Both the position numbers and the translations under genes were made by a program. A stretch of 64,000 bases of DNA, taken from positions 960,001-1,024,000 of the forward strand of contig CAWDOD010000002.1 of assembly GCA_963803805.1 (NCBI GenBank), given 5' to 3'. Source of the stretch: an uncultured cyanobacterium. Lineage in GTDB: Bacteria > Cyanobacteriota > Cyanobacteriia > Cyanobacteriales > CAWCAG01. Below, in pieces: positions 51,845 to 62,370 of this stretch (positions are counted from its first letter, which is position 1; every line of letters begins with the position of its first letter). Below the pieces are notes generated by a model. The model was not told the origin of the DNA, did no database searches, and was given only the letters and a program-made list of their open reading frames with translations.

Positions 51845-52069
51845 TCATTTTTCTATTAATTGAGGCCAAATTAACAAAAAGTAAGTCCACCAGAGCAAAA
51901 TCGGCAAAGAAATTAGTAGGGTCAACCAAATAACTTTTGCTAATAACCAACTTCCAGTTATTACTACTGTACCAGTTAATAAAATTGACCAAGGTTGACA
52001 CCACCAAGGTTTGTAATTCCAAGGACTTGGGGAGTCTTGATTAAATTTCTGGTTAATATTTTCCTTCAT
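51845..52069 (-). CDS. Small membrane protein (DUF6737-like)
   Basis: [19 protein letters not shown] motif. Confidence 0.8.
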   Translation of the reverse strand: MKENINQKFNQDSPSPWNYKPWWCQPWSILLTGTVVITGSWLLAKVIWLTLLISLPILLWWTYFLLIWPQLIEK

Positions 52070-52406
52070 CTTCAGGACTCTCTATTCTGGGTAGCCCCAT
52101 ACTATAGTTAAGAACACGACTATTGAGGTTATAGCTAAGTTGGCCACTCTGTAAAAGAGAACGGATAAAATGTTCTAAATCAGAACCAATGCGGCGTAAG
52201 TTATATTCTGTCAAATCCTGACCCCCACAGGACTGGACTAATTCATCAAATTTACGATACACCCCCTGTAGTACTTCTTCACTCCAATCAAACTCATTAT
52301 CTGGATCAACATCTAAAGTTAGTACTCCATCACTTTCATGAAGCTCATTATCCTTAACCTCAGCAGCAAAAATTCTGATGTGACGGGTAGTGGATTTCAA
52401 CAGCAT
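52053..52406 (-). CDS. ndhM: NDH-1 subunit M
   Basis: [13 protein letters not shown]...[11 protein letters not shown]...[11 protein letters not shown]. Confidence 0.96.
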   Translation of the reverse strand: MLLKSTTRHIRIFAAEVKDNELHESDGVLTLDVDPDNEFDWSEEVLQGVYRKFDELVQSCGGQDLTEYNLRRIGSDLEHFIRSLLQSGQLSYNLNSRVLNYSMGLPRIESPEDEGKY

Positions 52407-52461
52407 AGTAACTTCCTGCTTCTTTATATTTATAAATTGTAGGTGATTATTTATGGTTAAT

Positions 52462-53013
52462 TTAGCGCGAAATCATCCCTGTTTGGCGAGCGTAGGCAAA
52501 TATTCCCCCTGCATCAATTACTGGTCCTACTTCACCCAAGGATTTGAGGGCATAAACTGCTTCTTTTAAAGAGTGATTAATAATCTGATTTTGTTCAAAA
52601 TCGATGGTGACTTCCTGACCAGTTAGAAATTCTGAGGATAATAACTTAGTAGATTCCCAAGGATATAGTTCTCCTGTAGCTGAACAGTTACGGAAGAAAA
52701 TACGGGCATAGGAGACAGCAACCACTGCTTGAACTCCCGCAGCCCCTAAAGCAATGGGAGCGTGTTCACGAGAAGAGCCACAGCCAAAGTTGTTGCCAGC
52801 GACGATGATGGGATACTCGGTTTTCATTGCTCCTGGCTCAATAAACCGAGGATAATTATCAGGTAAACCAATCAAAGCATAACTACCTAATTTGGCATAT
52901 TCATCAGGTTTGGAAGGAACCAAAGTTAAGTACTCCGCTGGGATGATTTGATCAGTGTCGATATTATCTCCTACCACAAAAATTTTGCCTCTAATTACCT
53001 TACCCATAGCCAA
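52462..53013 (-). CDS. leuD: 3-isopropylmalate dehydratase small subunit
   Basis: [31 protein letters not shown]. Confidence 0.94.
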   Translation of the reverse strand: MAMGKVIRGKIFVVGDNIDTDQIIPAEYLTLVPSKPDEYAKLGSYALIGLPDNYPRFIEPGAMKTEYPIIVAGNNFGCGSSREHAPIALGAAGVQAVVAVSYARIFFRNCSATGELYPWESTKLLSSEFLTGQEVTIDFEQNQIINHSLKEAVYALKSLGEVGPVIDAGGIFAYARQTGMISR

Positions 53014-53152
53014 GTCTCCTGATTGGTATTTTTTTTACATAGCAGCTTTTAATATTAAAGTCTTAAGGATAAATCTTCAAATTTGGCAAGGTGAGATTAA
53101 AATTGTTGTCATGCTTCAGGGCTAATGTTAGATCTAAATTGCTAGACCAAAA

Positions 53153-54034
53153 ATGGTACATACACTAGAAAACATAGATAACATCAAACGACAAGCTCAT
53201 CAGGGGAGTGTTGCCGCAATTATCCAAATCTTGAATGAGCGTCTTGCAAATCGAGGAGTAAGAACTAGAGCGGTTTTGGCTGAGGGGGTTTTGCAACTGC
53301 TATGTGAAGCAGCACAAGTAGAACAACTCGAACAGACCTCATTAACTCAAGAGGTTAAGCACATTTTAGAAGATCTTGCTCCCCATAATATTCATCGGGT
53401 TAACATCAACAGTCGTATAGTTAGGGAACAGCAGTTACTTTGGCTAGAAGAAATTAACCGAGATCCAGAAAACCAGTTACTCTGGTCAGAAGAAATTGCT
53501 TTGGCTAGACCCAATTTTTTCTACAGTTTCATACAGCAGGTTCAAGAATTTCAACTCCCTAGTCTCCAGAATCGCCATTCACCCCAACCAGATCGTTCTA
53601 ATCAACCAGCTAAACGTTCTTTCCGGCGTGGTTTATTAGGAGGTGTCACTATCACAGCTTTGGTATTTGTCCTTGGTACAATTCTGGCTAGTCGTCAGCT
53701 AGAGAGAATTGTAAACCCCAACTGGAGCGCTTTGCTTAAATCCTCCTCTAAGCCATCTCCCCAGACTGTTAGCTCTCCCCAAGTGATCACCGAAGATCCT
53801 TTTGCTGAGGCAGTTAGGTTAGCGGAAACGGCTTCTGCTGACGGCAAGAAGGCTCAAACTACGGCAGAATGGTCAGATATATCCCTTAAATGGCAGCAAG
53901 CATCTAATCTGATGGCAGCAGTACCTACAGCTCACAATCGCTATGTTACTGCTCAAGATAGAATGATTCGCTATCGTCAAAATAGTGAAATTGCTCAACA
54001 GCAAGCACAAACAACGGCTAACAAGGTTGAATAA
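53153..54034 (+). CDS. Conserved cyanobacterial single-TM hypothetical protein
   Basis: QAHQGSVAAIIQILN...NSRIVREQQLLWL; C-terminal DPFAEAVRLA. Confidence 0.75.
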   Translation: MVHTLENIDNIKRQAHQGSVAAIIQILNERLANRGVRTRAVLAEGVLQLLCEAAQVEQLEQTSLTQEVKHILEDLAPHNIHRVNINSRIVREQQLLWLEEINRDPENQLLWSEEIALARPNFFYSFIQQVQEFQLPSLQNRHSPQPDRSNQPAKRSFRRGLLGGVTITALVFVLGTILASRQLERIVNPNWSALLKSSSKPSPQTVSSPQVITEDPFAEAVRLAETASADGKKAQTTAEWSDISLKWQQASNLMAAVPTAHNRYVTAQDRMIRYRQNSEIAQQQAQTTANKVE

Positions 54035-54178
54035 CTTTAATAATTTTTTGATAGCTAGAACTAAGGAGGGGGCATTCTAAGAACAATATAAATTAGTGAA
54101 ATCGCTAATTTATGTTAGTAAGAATAAAGAATTGAGAAAGCTCTTTGATTACTTTGAATAAATCACTTTTTAGCAACC

Positions 54179-56212
54179 ATGCTAAGGTCTTTTTCCGCCA
54201 ATCACCATGACTCCCCTAATTTAATGGCTCCACAGGAGAAAGTTGCCAGTAAGATGAAGCACAACCATGAAGCTAGCGAGATCGGCTTTGAGATTCTTGA
54301 TAATATCAGCCATAGTCAAGACTCTCAGAGTATTCTGCTCAATCTTGCTAGAACTTTAGGCAAAAGCTTTCAAGCCAATAGTTGTTTAGCGATCGCTGGT
54401 ACTAGTCCTAATGCCAATGTCCAGGTAGCTTTGTGGGAAGACGGGGTTTCTAGTATTCCGATACTTACTCACCATGAACTACTTTCCCAGCCATTTTTCA
54501 AGAAGATTTTAGGTCAAAAGGAAGCTTTGGTGGTTGCTGATTTAACCACTGACGAGCATTTTTCAGCTCTTCGATTTTCTTGGACTTCTCTTCGGCTCAA
54601 AGCTATTTTGGCTATTACTACCTATTTCCAGGGTAGTGCTAATGGCATAATTGTTCTGGGTAGCTTTCAACCCCAAAAGTTTAGTAACCAAGATCAAGGT
54701 TTACTTACTGAAGTTGCTAAATTTATTGCCGTTGCTATTTCTCAGTCTTACCTTGGCCAACAAACACGCCTTAGTACCAAATACCAAAATTTGGTCAAGG
54801 AAATGAGCAAAACTATTAGTAAGGCCTCTGATCCAGAAGCTATGCTCAGTAACACCCTAGCTGAAGCTGCTCATACTTTGCAAGTGGATCGAGGCTGGCT
54901 TTTGATGCTCAAATATGCTGACCCCCTCTCCAAAACCCAAGCTAAAGCTAAAGTGACTTATCATTGGTCAGCAGATACTAATGCTATTGAGTCTCCCAGT
55001 GGTCCTACAAGCATCACTAATTACTCTTTTTGGATTACAGATTGTTTTTTATGTCAAAAAGCCCTAGAGAATGCACCACAGTTAGTTACTGTGGCTAACT
55101 CTACCCAGTTGCCTCAGCTTCAACAATCAGAAAAGCCATCTTGCTTTTTTGATTTGAAAGCTTTGCCAGCCCTATTAATAGCCCCTTTAATGGGGCGCGG
55201 CAGCAACAATTCTAATCAAAGAGTGGTTTTAGGCTTTTTTGTTCTCCAACATCGCCAACCTAAAGTTTGGCAACCAGAAGAAGTTGAGTTAGTTAAGTGG
55301 GTAAGTACTCAAGCTAGCACCGCAGTAGTTCATGATCAAACCTTGCGTCAGGTACAATCTTTGGTAGAAGAACGTACCCTCCAACTCAGAAGAAGTTTGG
55401 AGGTACAGGCAATGTTATACGATAAAACCAGGCAGCAAGTAGAGCAACTTCGGCGCTTAAATCAGCTTAAGGATGAATTTGTGACGAATATGAGTCATGA
55501 GTTAAAGACTCCTTTAGCAAGTATGAAAATCGCCATTAGGATGCTCAACCAGCCCCAATTATCTTCTGAGCAACAAGGAAGATATTTGGGTATCTTAGAA
55601 CAGGAGTGGAATCGAGAATACAATCTCATTCAAGATTTTCTGACTCTTCAGGATGTAGAATCTAACCAATTTGTTATCCATCCACAACAGTTTGAACTTC
55701 AACCGGTTATTAATGAATTAGTTCAAGGGTTTGCTCAGAAATGGCAGCAGGATAGAAAGCTGAATTTAGAGCTTAACTATATTTCCCCAATATCCCCCGA
55801 TAGTTCTTGGCTGATGTATACAGATTTATCTAGCTTTAAACGTATTTTCCAGGAACTCCTCACCAATGCCGGGAAATTTGCCCCGAAAAATAGTACGATT
55901 AGCTTCGGTATTGAACAAAAAATTCAAGGAGAAAAGCCAAAAACTACTTTTTCTCTAACCAATACAGGCTCTGGTATTTCCCCTGAAGAACAAACCTACA
56001 TATTTGACCCTTTTCGTCGGGGTAAAGGGGCTACAGAGGGAGCCGTACCTGGTACAGGTTTAGGTTTAGCTTTAGTTAAGTGTTTAGTACAGCATCTCAA
56101 TGGCACAATAAATGTATCTAGTTCTGTTGCTCAAGATAGTCTTCAGGGTAAAAGTTCTTTTATTGTCACTCTACCTCACCTCAATAAGCAGCTAACTAAT
56201 CTTGATGGATAG
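54179..56212 (+). CDS. GAF-GAF sensor histidine kinase
   Basis: MSHELKTPL, ELLTNAGKF, GSGI, GTGLGL. Confidence 0.9.
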   Translation: MLRSFSANHHDSPNLMAPQEKVASKMKHNHEASEIGFEILDNISHSQDSQSILLNLARTLGKSFQANSCLAIAGTSPNANVQVALWEDGVSSIPILTHHELLSQPFFKKILGQKEALVVADLTTDEHFSALRFSWTSLRLKAILAITTYFQGSANGIIVLGSFQPQKFSNQDQGLLTEVAKFIAVAISQSYLGQQTRLSTKYQNLVKEMSKTISKASDPEAMLSNTLAEAAHTLQVDRGWLLMLKYADPLSKTQAKAKVTYHWSADTNAIESPSGPTSITNYSFWITDCFLCQKALENAPQLVTVANSTQLPQLQQSEKPSCFFDLKALPALLIAPLMGRGSNNSNQRVVLGFFVLQHRQPKVWQPEEVELVKWVSTQASTAVVHDQTLRQVQSLVEERTLQLRRSLEVQAMLYDKTRQQVEQLRRLNQLKDEFVTNMSHELKTPLASMKIAIRMLNQPQLSSEQQGRYLGILEQEWNREYNLIQDFLTLQDVESNQFVIHPQQFELQPVINELVQGFAQKWQQDRKLNLELNYISPISPDSSWLMYTDLSSFKRIFQELLTNAGKFAPKNSTISFGIEQKIQGEKPKTTFSLTNTGSGISPEEQTYIFDPFRRGKGATEGAVPGTGLGLALVKCLVQHLNGTINVSSSVAQDSLQGKSSFIVTLPHLNKQLTNLDG

Positions 56213-56224
56213 TCCATCACCTTC

Positions 56225-57907
56225 ATGCTCACCACCACTGCCTCTAAGCCATTACATTGGCAACGCACTCGTTATTCGACTTGGCAACGTCAAGTTGAAG
56301 TTTTTGGTGTAGCAAGTAAATTTTCCTTTTTTGTGTTTTGGGATCAACTTTTCGGACGTAACTCCCCTCAACAAAGGAATAATCGCGCTCATTGGTTAGT
56401 TAATCAGTTACTTAATTTAGGGCCAACTTTTATTAAAATCGGTCAATCCCTTTCGACCCGTGCAGACCTTTTACCCCTAGAATATATCCAAGTTTTAAGT
56501 AAGTTACAAGATCGCGTTCCACAGTTCGATTCAGTCGATGCTATTAATGTTATTGAAACTGAATTAGGCAACTCTCTACATACTTTGTATCGAGATTTTG
56601 ATCGCTTCCCCATCGCTTCAGCTAGTTTGGGACAGGTACATAAGGCTAAATTACATACAGGAGAAGATGTTGTTGTTAAGGTACAACGCCCTGGTTTAAA
56701 AGAATTATTTAACCTCGATTTTGAAGTTTTGCATCGTTTAGTACGTTTTGCTAATCGTTATTTACCTGGGACAAGAAAGTACGATTTAGAAGCTATTTAT
56801 CAAGAATTTTTTCAGATTCTTTACCAAGAAATTGATTATGTTCATGAAGGGAAGAATGCTACTCGTTTTCGAGAGAACTTTCTCGATTATCCTCATATTT
56901 TAGTTCCCGAAGTTTATTGGCGCTACACCACGAAAAAGGTTCTCACTTTGGAATATTTGCCGGGGATTAAAATTGATGATCGCCCAACTTTAGAATCTTG
57001 TCAGATTAATACTAAAGAGATTATTCAATTAGGTATTTGTTGTTATCTCAAACAACTACTTCAGGATGGCTTTTTCCAATCTGATCCTCATCCCGGTAAT
57101 ATGGCGGTGAGCGAGGAAGGAAAGTTAATCTTTTATGATTTTGGTACTATGGCAGAGGTTAAGCCCATTGCTAAAGAACAAATGGTGAAAACTTTTTTTG
57201 CGGTGTTAAAAAAGGATACAGAAGAGGTGGTTGATACTCTCACCTACATGGGCTTAATTGAACCAGTGCCGGATATGACTCCTGTTAAGCGTTTAATTGC
57301 TTTTATTTTGGAGAAGTTTACCGAAAAACCGGTGGATATCCGAGAATTTGATGCTCTACGTAACGAAATATACTCTATGTTTGAGCAGCAACCTTTTCGC
57401 TTGCCAGGGCAAATGACTTTAATTGTTAAATCCCTAACTACTTTAGATGGTATTGCTCGTCGCCTCGATCCTGAATATAATCTCGTTGCTGCTAGTCAGC
57501 CTTTTATTCGCAGCCTAACCATTTCTGGGGGTGTTAAGGGGAATCTGGTGGGAGAATTGGCTCGACAAGCTAAGGATTTTATTACTTACAAGCTTAAGCA
57601 GCCTAGCAAAACAGCGAGGATTTTAGAAAGCTTACAATCTCGCTTGGAAAGGGGAGAAATTGAACTTCGTGTTCGCTCCCAAGAAAGCGATCGCCTTCTA
57701 CAACGTAATTATTTAGGTATCAAATGCCTAATTTATGCCTGTATTTCTGGTTTTACTTTGGTAGCAGGAACAATTTTGTTACTGGGTTCCTATAAAGTGA
57801 GTGGGATCGCCTTTTTAATTTTCTCAGGGTTGTGGTTGGTGATTTTCTTACGCTCTTTACTGAGGTTGAAGGTAACAGAAAGGTTAGACCGTTTAGGGAA
57901 GCTTTAA
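56225..57907 (+). CDS. AarF/ABC1/UbiB kinase family protein
   Basis: LGPTFIKIGQ, ASASLGQVH, VVKVQRP, DPHPGN, DFG. Confidence 0.93.
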   Translation: MLTTTASKPLHWQRTRYSTWQRQVEVFGVASKFSFFVFWDQLFGRNSPQQRNNRAHWLVNQLLNLGPTFIKIGQSLSTRADLLPLEYIQVLSKLQDRVPQFDSVDAINVIETELGNSLHTLYRDFDRFPIASASLGQVHKAKLHTGEDVVVKVQRPGLKELFNLDFEVLHRLVRFANRYLPGTRKYDLEAIYQEFFQILYQEIDYVHEGKNATRFRENFLDYPHILVPEVYWRYTTKKVLTLEYLPGIKIDDRPTLESCQINTKEIIQLGICCYLKQLLQDGFFQSDPHPGNMAVSEEGKLIFYDFGTMAEVKPIAKEQMVKTFFAVLKKDTEEVVDTLTYMGLIEPVPDMTPVKRLIAFILEKFTEKPVDIREFDALRNEIYSMFEQQPFRLPGQMTLIVKSLTTLDGIARRLDPEYNLVAASQPFIRSLTISGGVKGNLVGELARQAKDFITYKLKQPSKTARILESLQSRLERGEIELRVRSQESDRLLQRNYLGIKCLIYACISGFTLVAGTILLLGSYKVSGIAFLIFSGLWLVIFLRSLLRLKVTERLDRLGKL

Positions 57908-58133
57908 TACTACTTTAAACTAACAGCTTAATATTGCGTATGGGAATTAGCTTAAATATAGCCAATTTAGTTAGGGTAGTTGTTGCCCATCATTTAGCAC
58001 CTATTTCATATTAGTAATTTTCTCTAGTGGTAACAAACTTGACTAGCGTGCAATAATAATTTTAGCTCATCATCAAAGGTCTTAATTCATCATCTCTACC
58101 ATACTTTTTAGATAATGGGATAAGAGTGGAATT

Positions 58134-58595
58134 ATGTCATACCTATCAATGACGAGGTTGAAGCTTAAATCTCCTCGCCACTTAATTCCTTTTTGGATCT
58201 ACAACGAGAAAGTTGTGTGGCAGGTTAGGAAAGCTGAGGGATTTTTACGGGGTAGATGGCTAGCAAATTATAGTCTTTCCATGTGGACAACAACTCTTTG
58301 GGAATCGCAACAAGTAGCGAAGAAGTTTTATCTCCAAGGTTCTCACCGGGAGGCCATGACAAGACTCAGTAAATGGTCTTCTGAAGCGGTTTTATGTTCT
58401 CAAGATATTAATACAACCGAGTTACCTTCTTGGCAAAAAGTTGGTGATGAACTTGCTCATCAAGGTAGATTCGTTGCCATAGAAGAGCCGTCCTTTAATC
58501 ACCAAAATAAGGTAGTAGAAGCACCTAATTTTGTGAGTTTAACGAGAGAATTTACTGCAACTCACAGCCAATACTTTGTCCTCATTAATAAATAA
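58134..58595 (+). CDS. DUF3291/ABM-like dimeric alpha-beta barrel protein
   Basis: TRLKLKS...AEGFL.G...WTTTLWES...HREAM. Confidence 0.6.
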   Translation: MSYLSMTRLKLKSPRHLIPFWIYNEKVVWQVRKAEGFLRGRWLANYSLSMWTTTLWESQQVAKKFYLQGSHREAMTRLSKWSSEAVLCSQDINTTELPSWQKVGDELAHQGRFVAIEEPSFNHQNKVVEAPNFVSLTREFTATHSQYFVLINK

Positions 58596-58619
58596 AGCTC
58601 AACTTAATCTGCTGGAAAG

Positions 58620-59510
58620 ATGGAAGATAGAACTTTAAATCAAGAGTTGATTGTTAATATTGCTAATCAGTTTTTTCCTGAAAAAAAGCCTCTTTTGATG
58701 AGTCAAGGTTATACATTAGAAAATCTATTTGTGGTGCGTTATCAATACCCTGCCCATGAAATTCCTGAACATCTTGTTCCCTACACTATTTTGGAGGTGA
58801 TTGAAGATGGTAATTCTATCCCCCATAAGCGGCGTTTAGTAGATAACTTGTATAATGAACCATTGCATGGCGGTGAGTTGTTTTTTTATCCCCAGCATTG
58901 TGATCATGCTGTCAGATGGGAAGGGGAAGTTGCATTTACATTACTAATGTTTAGACCACAACTTTTTGAGCAAGAATTTGGCTGTAGTAGCTTTGCTGAC
59001 ATCTTTCCTTTTTTTGATAAATATGACCGTGATATTTATACCTTAGTGCATCTGATTATTCGAGGATTAAAAAGAGATGATCAGGATCTTGACTACATTG
59101 ATTATTTAGCCTTACCCCTTGCCAAGCGTCTTGTTTCCTTAATGGGATTAAAACATAAGGTTATTCAAGAAGGCCAATCACCGGAAAAGAGGATCAAAGA
59201 AATAACAGATTTTATTGAAGCAGAAATTGAATTAGGGCGCAAACCAACATTAGGAAAATTAACCAGACAAGCAGGCTTTCAAAGTCAATCCTACTTCAGT
59301 AAGCTCTTTAAAAAAGAAATGGGAATTGCCCCAAGTAAGTTTGTTAACCAAAGAGCTATAGAAAAAGCTAAATATCTACTAAAAAAAACAGATACCAATA
59401 TTACGAAAATATCCCAGCAATGTGGTTTTGATTCAATTAGAGCTTTTAATGAAACCTTTAAAAGAGTAGTAGGAGTTACACCTAGTAAATTTCGCGCAGA
59501 GTTTAAATAA
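58620..59510 (+). CDS. AraC-family transcriptional regulator
   Basis: YFSKLFKKEMGIAP...ISQQCGFDS...FKRVVGVTPSKFR. Confidence 0.92.
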   Translation: MEDRTLNQELIVNIANQFFPEKKPLLMSQGYTLENLFVVRYQYPAHEIPEHLVPYTILEVIEDGNSIPHKRRLVDNLYNEPLHGGELFFYPQHCDHAVRWEGEVAFTLLMFRPQLFEQEFGCSSFADIFPFFDKYDRDIYTLVHLIIRGLKRDDQDLDYIDYLALPLAKRLVSLMGLKHKVIQEGQSPEKRIKEITDFIEAEIELGRKPTLGKLTRQAGFQSQSYFSKLFKKEMGIAPSKFVNQRAIEKAKYLLKKTDTNITKISQQCGFDSIRAFNETFKRVVGVTPSKFRAEFK

Positions 59511-59817
59511 GAGAGTAAAAATCCGCTACATTGAGAGCAAAAAGTCGCGAGACTACCCTTTATTTGTTTGTTATTGTTGGTCTTGTCATCATCTCAATCA
59601 ATCCCTGTGTAGCAAATATTGGTTATCACTTAGGGAAATATATCAGCGAAACTTAACTCATTCAGTTACTAAAAATTATTCGTTCTTTAACTTCTGGGTT
59701 AATGGTCACATACCCTAAGATTTTTTGCCATTGGGGGCATTACCGAAGCAAGTTTTCCTAGAAAGAATATTTATCCTTTTTTGTCAACTTTTAACACCAA
59801 AGAGTGGAGGTTTTCCC

Positions 59818-60408
59818 ATGTCTAAAAAGTTTGTCTCCAGTATGATCGCTAGTACATTAGCCCTTGGCAGTATTGCCCTAACAAGTCAACCAAGCCAAGC
59901 CCAAAGCGCTCGTTTTTATTGTGGTGTCAGCCAAGGTGTACCAACCACCATTGCTACTACTCCTAGGGGGAATGTCCCTGTAATTCGCTGGGTTTCTAGC
60001 TATTTTTCCGGTTCCGGATATGACCCCCAAACCCGTTGTCAGGAAGTATCAGGACGTTTCCAAACTTATTATAACAATGGCACTCTCAGCTACATTACCA
60101 CAGGAATTATGAATGGTTTACCCGTAGTTTGCGTTACTGGTACTAATGGTGGTTCCTGCAATGGTTTGTTGTTTACCTTGAAAAAAGGTCAAAACGCTAG
60201 CAAAACAGTACAACAGTTATTTGATGTCCGTAGCGGTGCTAGTGGCCCTTTATATGAAAGTTCCAATGGTGATAGTGAGCAAATCTACATTGATGTTAAC
60301 AACTACCTTAACACCAGTCCTGTGGAGGAAGCTACAGAACCTAACCAAGCAAATCCAAATCCTGTTCAGCCAGAAACTGGTAATGCTGAAGGTGGTTCGA
60401 TTTGGTAA
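59818..60408 (+). CDS. COP23-domain exported protein (start likely ATG 59818)
   Basis: Signal peptide ..AQA, FYCG, VIRWVS.YF..SGY.PQTRCQEVSGRFQ, LLFTL. Confidence 0.88.
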   Translation: MSKKFVSSMIASTLALGSIALTSQPSQAQSARFYCGVSQGVPTTIATTPRGNVPVIRWVSSYFSGSGYDPQTRCQEVSGRFQTYYNNGTLSYITTGIMNGLPVVCVTGTNGGSCNGLLFTLKKGQNASKTVQQLFDVRSGASGPLYESSNGDSEQIYIDVNNYLNTSPVEEATEPNQANPNPVQPETGNAEGGSIW

Positions 60409-60565
60409 ACAAATGTTGCTTTGTGCATAAAACTAACATTTGCAACCAGAGATCAAAGTAGAGAATTACTTGCAAAAGAAATATGCTTATGTCTCTTAAA
60501 TTGTCGTCCCGATTAAGCGCCATTGTCACCTTTACCTGCATCATTTTGCTAGCACCCTTGTACCT

Positions 60566-61348
60566 ATGAACTGGCGTGAACTAGTTTTGATTAGCATTAT
60601 TACTACTGCAATTCCAGTAGAAGCCGAGGTTTTAAAAGAAAGGGGTTTTGCTGCAACAGAAAATTATGCTTTTCTGCAACAACAAGCCCAAAATATCACC
60701 GTTAAGGTTATGTCTGGGCCTACATCGGGTTCTGGCATTATTATCAACCGGGAAGGACAAACATATACGGTTTTAACTAACCGCCATGTTTTAAATCCTA
60801 GTGATAATCACAAAATACAAACCCCTGATGGCTTAGTTTATCAAGGCACTGTGTTAGAAAAATCTAACTTCAGGGGTCATGACTTAGCTTTATTGCAGTT
60901 TCGTAGTCGGGGTGCAGTCTACACCGTTGCTTCTTTAGCAGATTCTTCTCAATTGGGGCAAGAAGAAACTGTTTTTGCCGCCGGTTTTCCCCAAGAAACG
61001 ATAGGAGAAGGTTTTGCTTTTGCGCCAGGGAAAATCTTCCTAGTTCTAGAAAAACCCCTACAACAAGGTTATCAGGTAGGTTACAGCAATGATATTCGTA
61101 AAGGAATGAGTGGGGGGCCTTTGCTTAACAGCCTGGGAAAAGTCGTTGCCATCAATGGTATGCACGCCTACCCCCTTTGGGGTAATCCTTATATTTACGA
61201 AGATGGTTCTCGCCCCAATCCCAATTTAAGTAGGGAAATGCAGCATTACAGTTGGGGCATTCCCATCAATACTTTTCTACAAGCCAAGGGGCAAGTAGCT
61301 ACATCAGTTACACCTGAAGCCCAATCACCACCGGAATATTTGTGGTGA
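60566..61348 (+). CDS. Trypsin-like serine protease
   Basis: GSG, LTNRHV, DLALL, GMSGGP triad motifs. Confidence 0.9.
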   Translation: MNWRELVLISIITTAIPVEAEVLKERGFAATENYAFLQQQAQNITVKVMSGPTSGSGIIINREGQTYTVLTNRHVLNPSDNHKIQTPDGLVYQGTVLEKSNFRGHDLALLQFRSRGAVYTVASLADSSQLGQEETVFAAGFPQETIGEGFAFAPGKIFLVLEKPLQQGYQVGYSNDIRKGMSGGPLLNSLGKVVAINGMHAYPLWGNPYIYEDGSRPNPNLSREMQHYSWGIPINTFLQAKGQVATSVTPEAQSPPEYLW

Positions 61349-61384
61349 AATTAACTTCTCAAAATTGATTAAAGGAAAATAATT

Positions 61385-62311
61385 ATGAATATATCTCAGC
61401 AATTTCCTGCTATTTTCGCTGGTACAGCAATTGCCAGTGCTTTAGTAATTTTGCAACCCCAAGCAGCCCAAGCTTTAACGGGGGAAGAGATTAGTGATAT
61501 CTCTCGCGAGGTTACTGTTTTGATTAAAGGTGAGGAAGGCGGCCATGGTTCTGGAGTTATTGTCTCTCAAAATGGTAATAGCTATTATATTCTCACTGCT
61601 AATCATGTAGTTTCCCAACAGCAGAAGTATAATATCGTCACTGCTGATAAACAAGCTTATGTCGTTGAGTACAGTAAAGTCACAAGTCTCCCTGGTGCTG
61701 ATTTAGCAGTGATAGAGTTTGGCAGCGATAAAGATTATCAAGTTGCTAAGTTAGCTAATTCTGACCAAGTTAAGGAAGGTAAACCAGTTTTCGTTTCCGG
61801 TTGGCCTCGTTTAACCACTGTTGGTAAAGCTTCCGGAACTCAATTAGTACGACAGTTTACTAATGGTCAAGTTTCAGGTTTCCTCGATGCACCTTTGAAT
61901 GGCTATGAAATGATTTATACCAACACTACTCTTGGCGGTATGAGTGGTGGCCCAGTATTAGATGCTGGAGGGCGTGTAGTGGGCATCCATGGCTTGGGGG
62001 ATACGGAAGATTCAGAAAGATTACAGCGAGAAGGATTAAGCGAAGAGTCTGCTAGCAGCATTGCTGGTTTGATTAAGCCCGGTTTTAATTATGCGATTCC
62101 CATCAACACCTTTTTAAGTCTTGCGCCGCAACAGGGACTCTATTTAAGTTTACAGGTGGATAATTCTGCTGCACCTCCATTAGGTGCGCCCTATGTAGCT
62201 AGTGGTGAACCTGATCCTCGCGACACTATTTCTGATATTAATGAGACTTTGAATACCGTTAACGGGGCAGTAAATACTCTGCGGAATATTTGTGGTTTGT
62301 TTGGTTGTTAA
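61385..62311 (+). CDS. Trypsin-like serine protease, exported
   Basis: Signal ..AQA, LTANHV, DLAVI, GMSGGP. Confidence 0.9.
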   Translation: MNISQQFPAIFAGTAIASALVILQPQAAQALTGEEISDISREVTVLIKGEEGGHGSGVIVSQNGNSYYILTANHVVSQQQKYNIVTADKQAYVVEYSKVTSLPGADLAVIEFGSDKDYQVAKLANSDQVKEGKPVFVSGWPRLTTVGKASGTQLVRQFTNGQVSGFLDAPLNGYEMIYTNTTLGGMSGGPVLDAGGRVVGIHGLGDTEDSERLQREGLSEESASSIAGLIKPGFNYAIPINTFLSLAPQQGLYLSLQVDNSAAPPLGAPYVASGEPDPRDTISDINETLNTVNGAVNTLRNICGLFGC

Positions 62312-62370
62312 AGCTTTTTCGGGGTGGGCTATGCTCACCTCTTTTTTAGTTATTTATTGTCGGTGAAGTT

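Noticed and set aside
55030-55060. TDCFLC in the second GAF as a cyanobacteriochrome DXCF motif
   Set aside because: Spacing is DCF, not DXCF, and no canonical CH chromophore motif is visible
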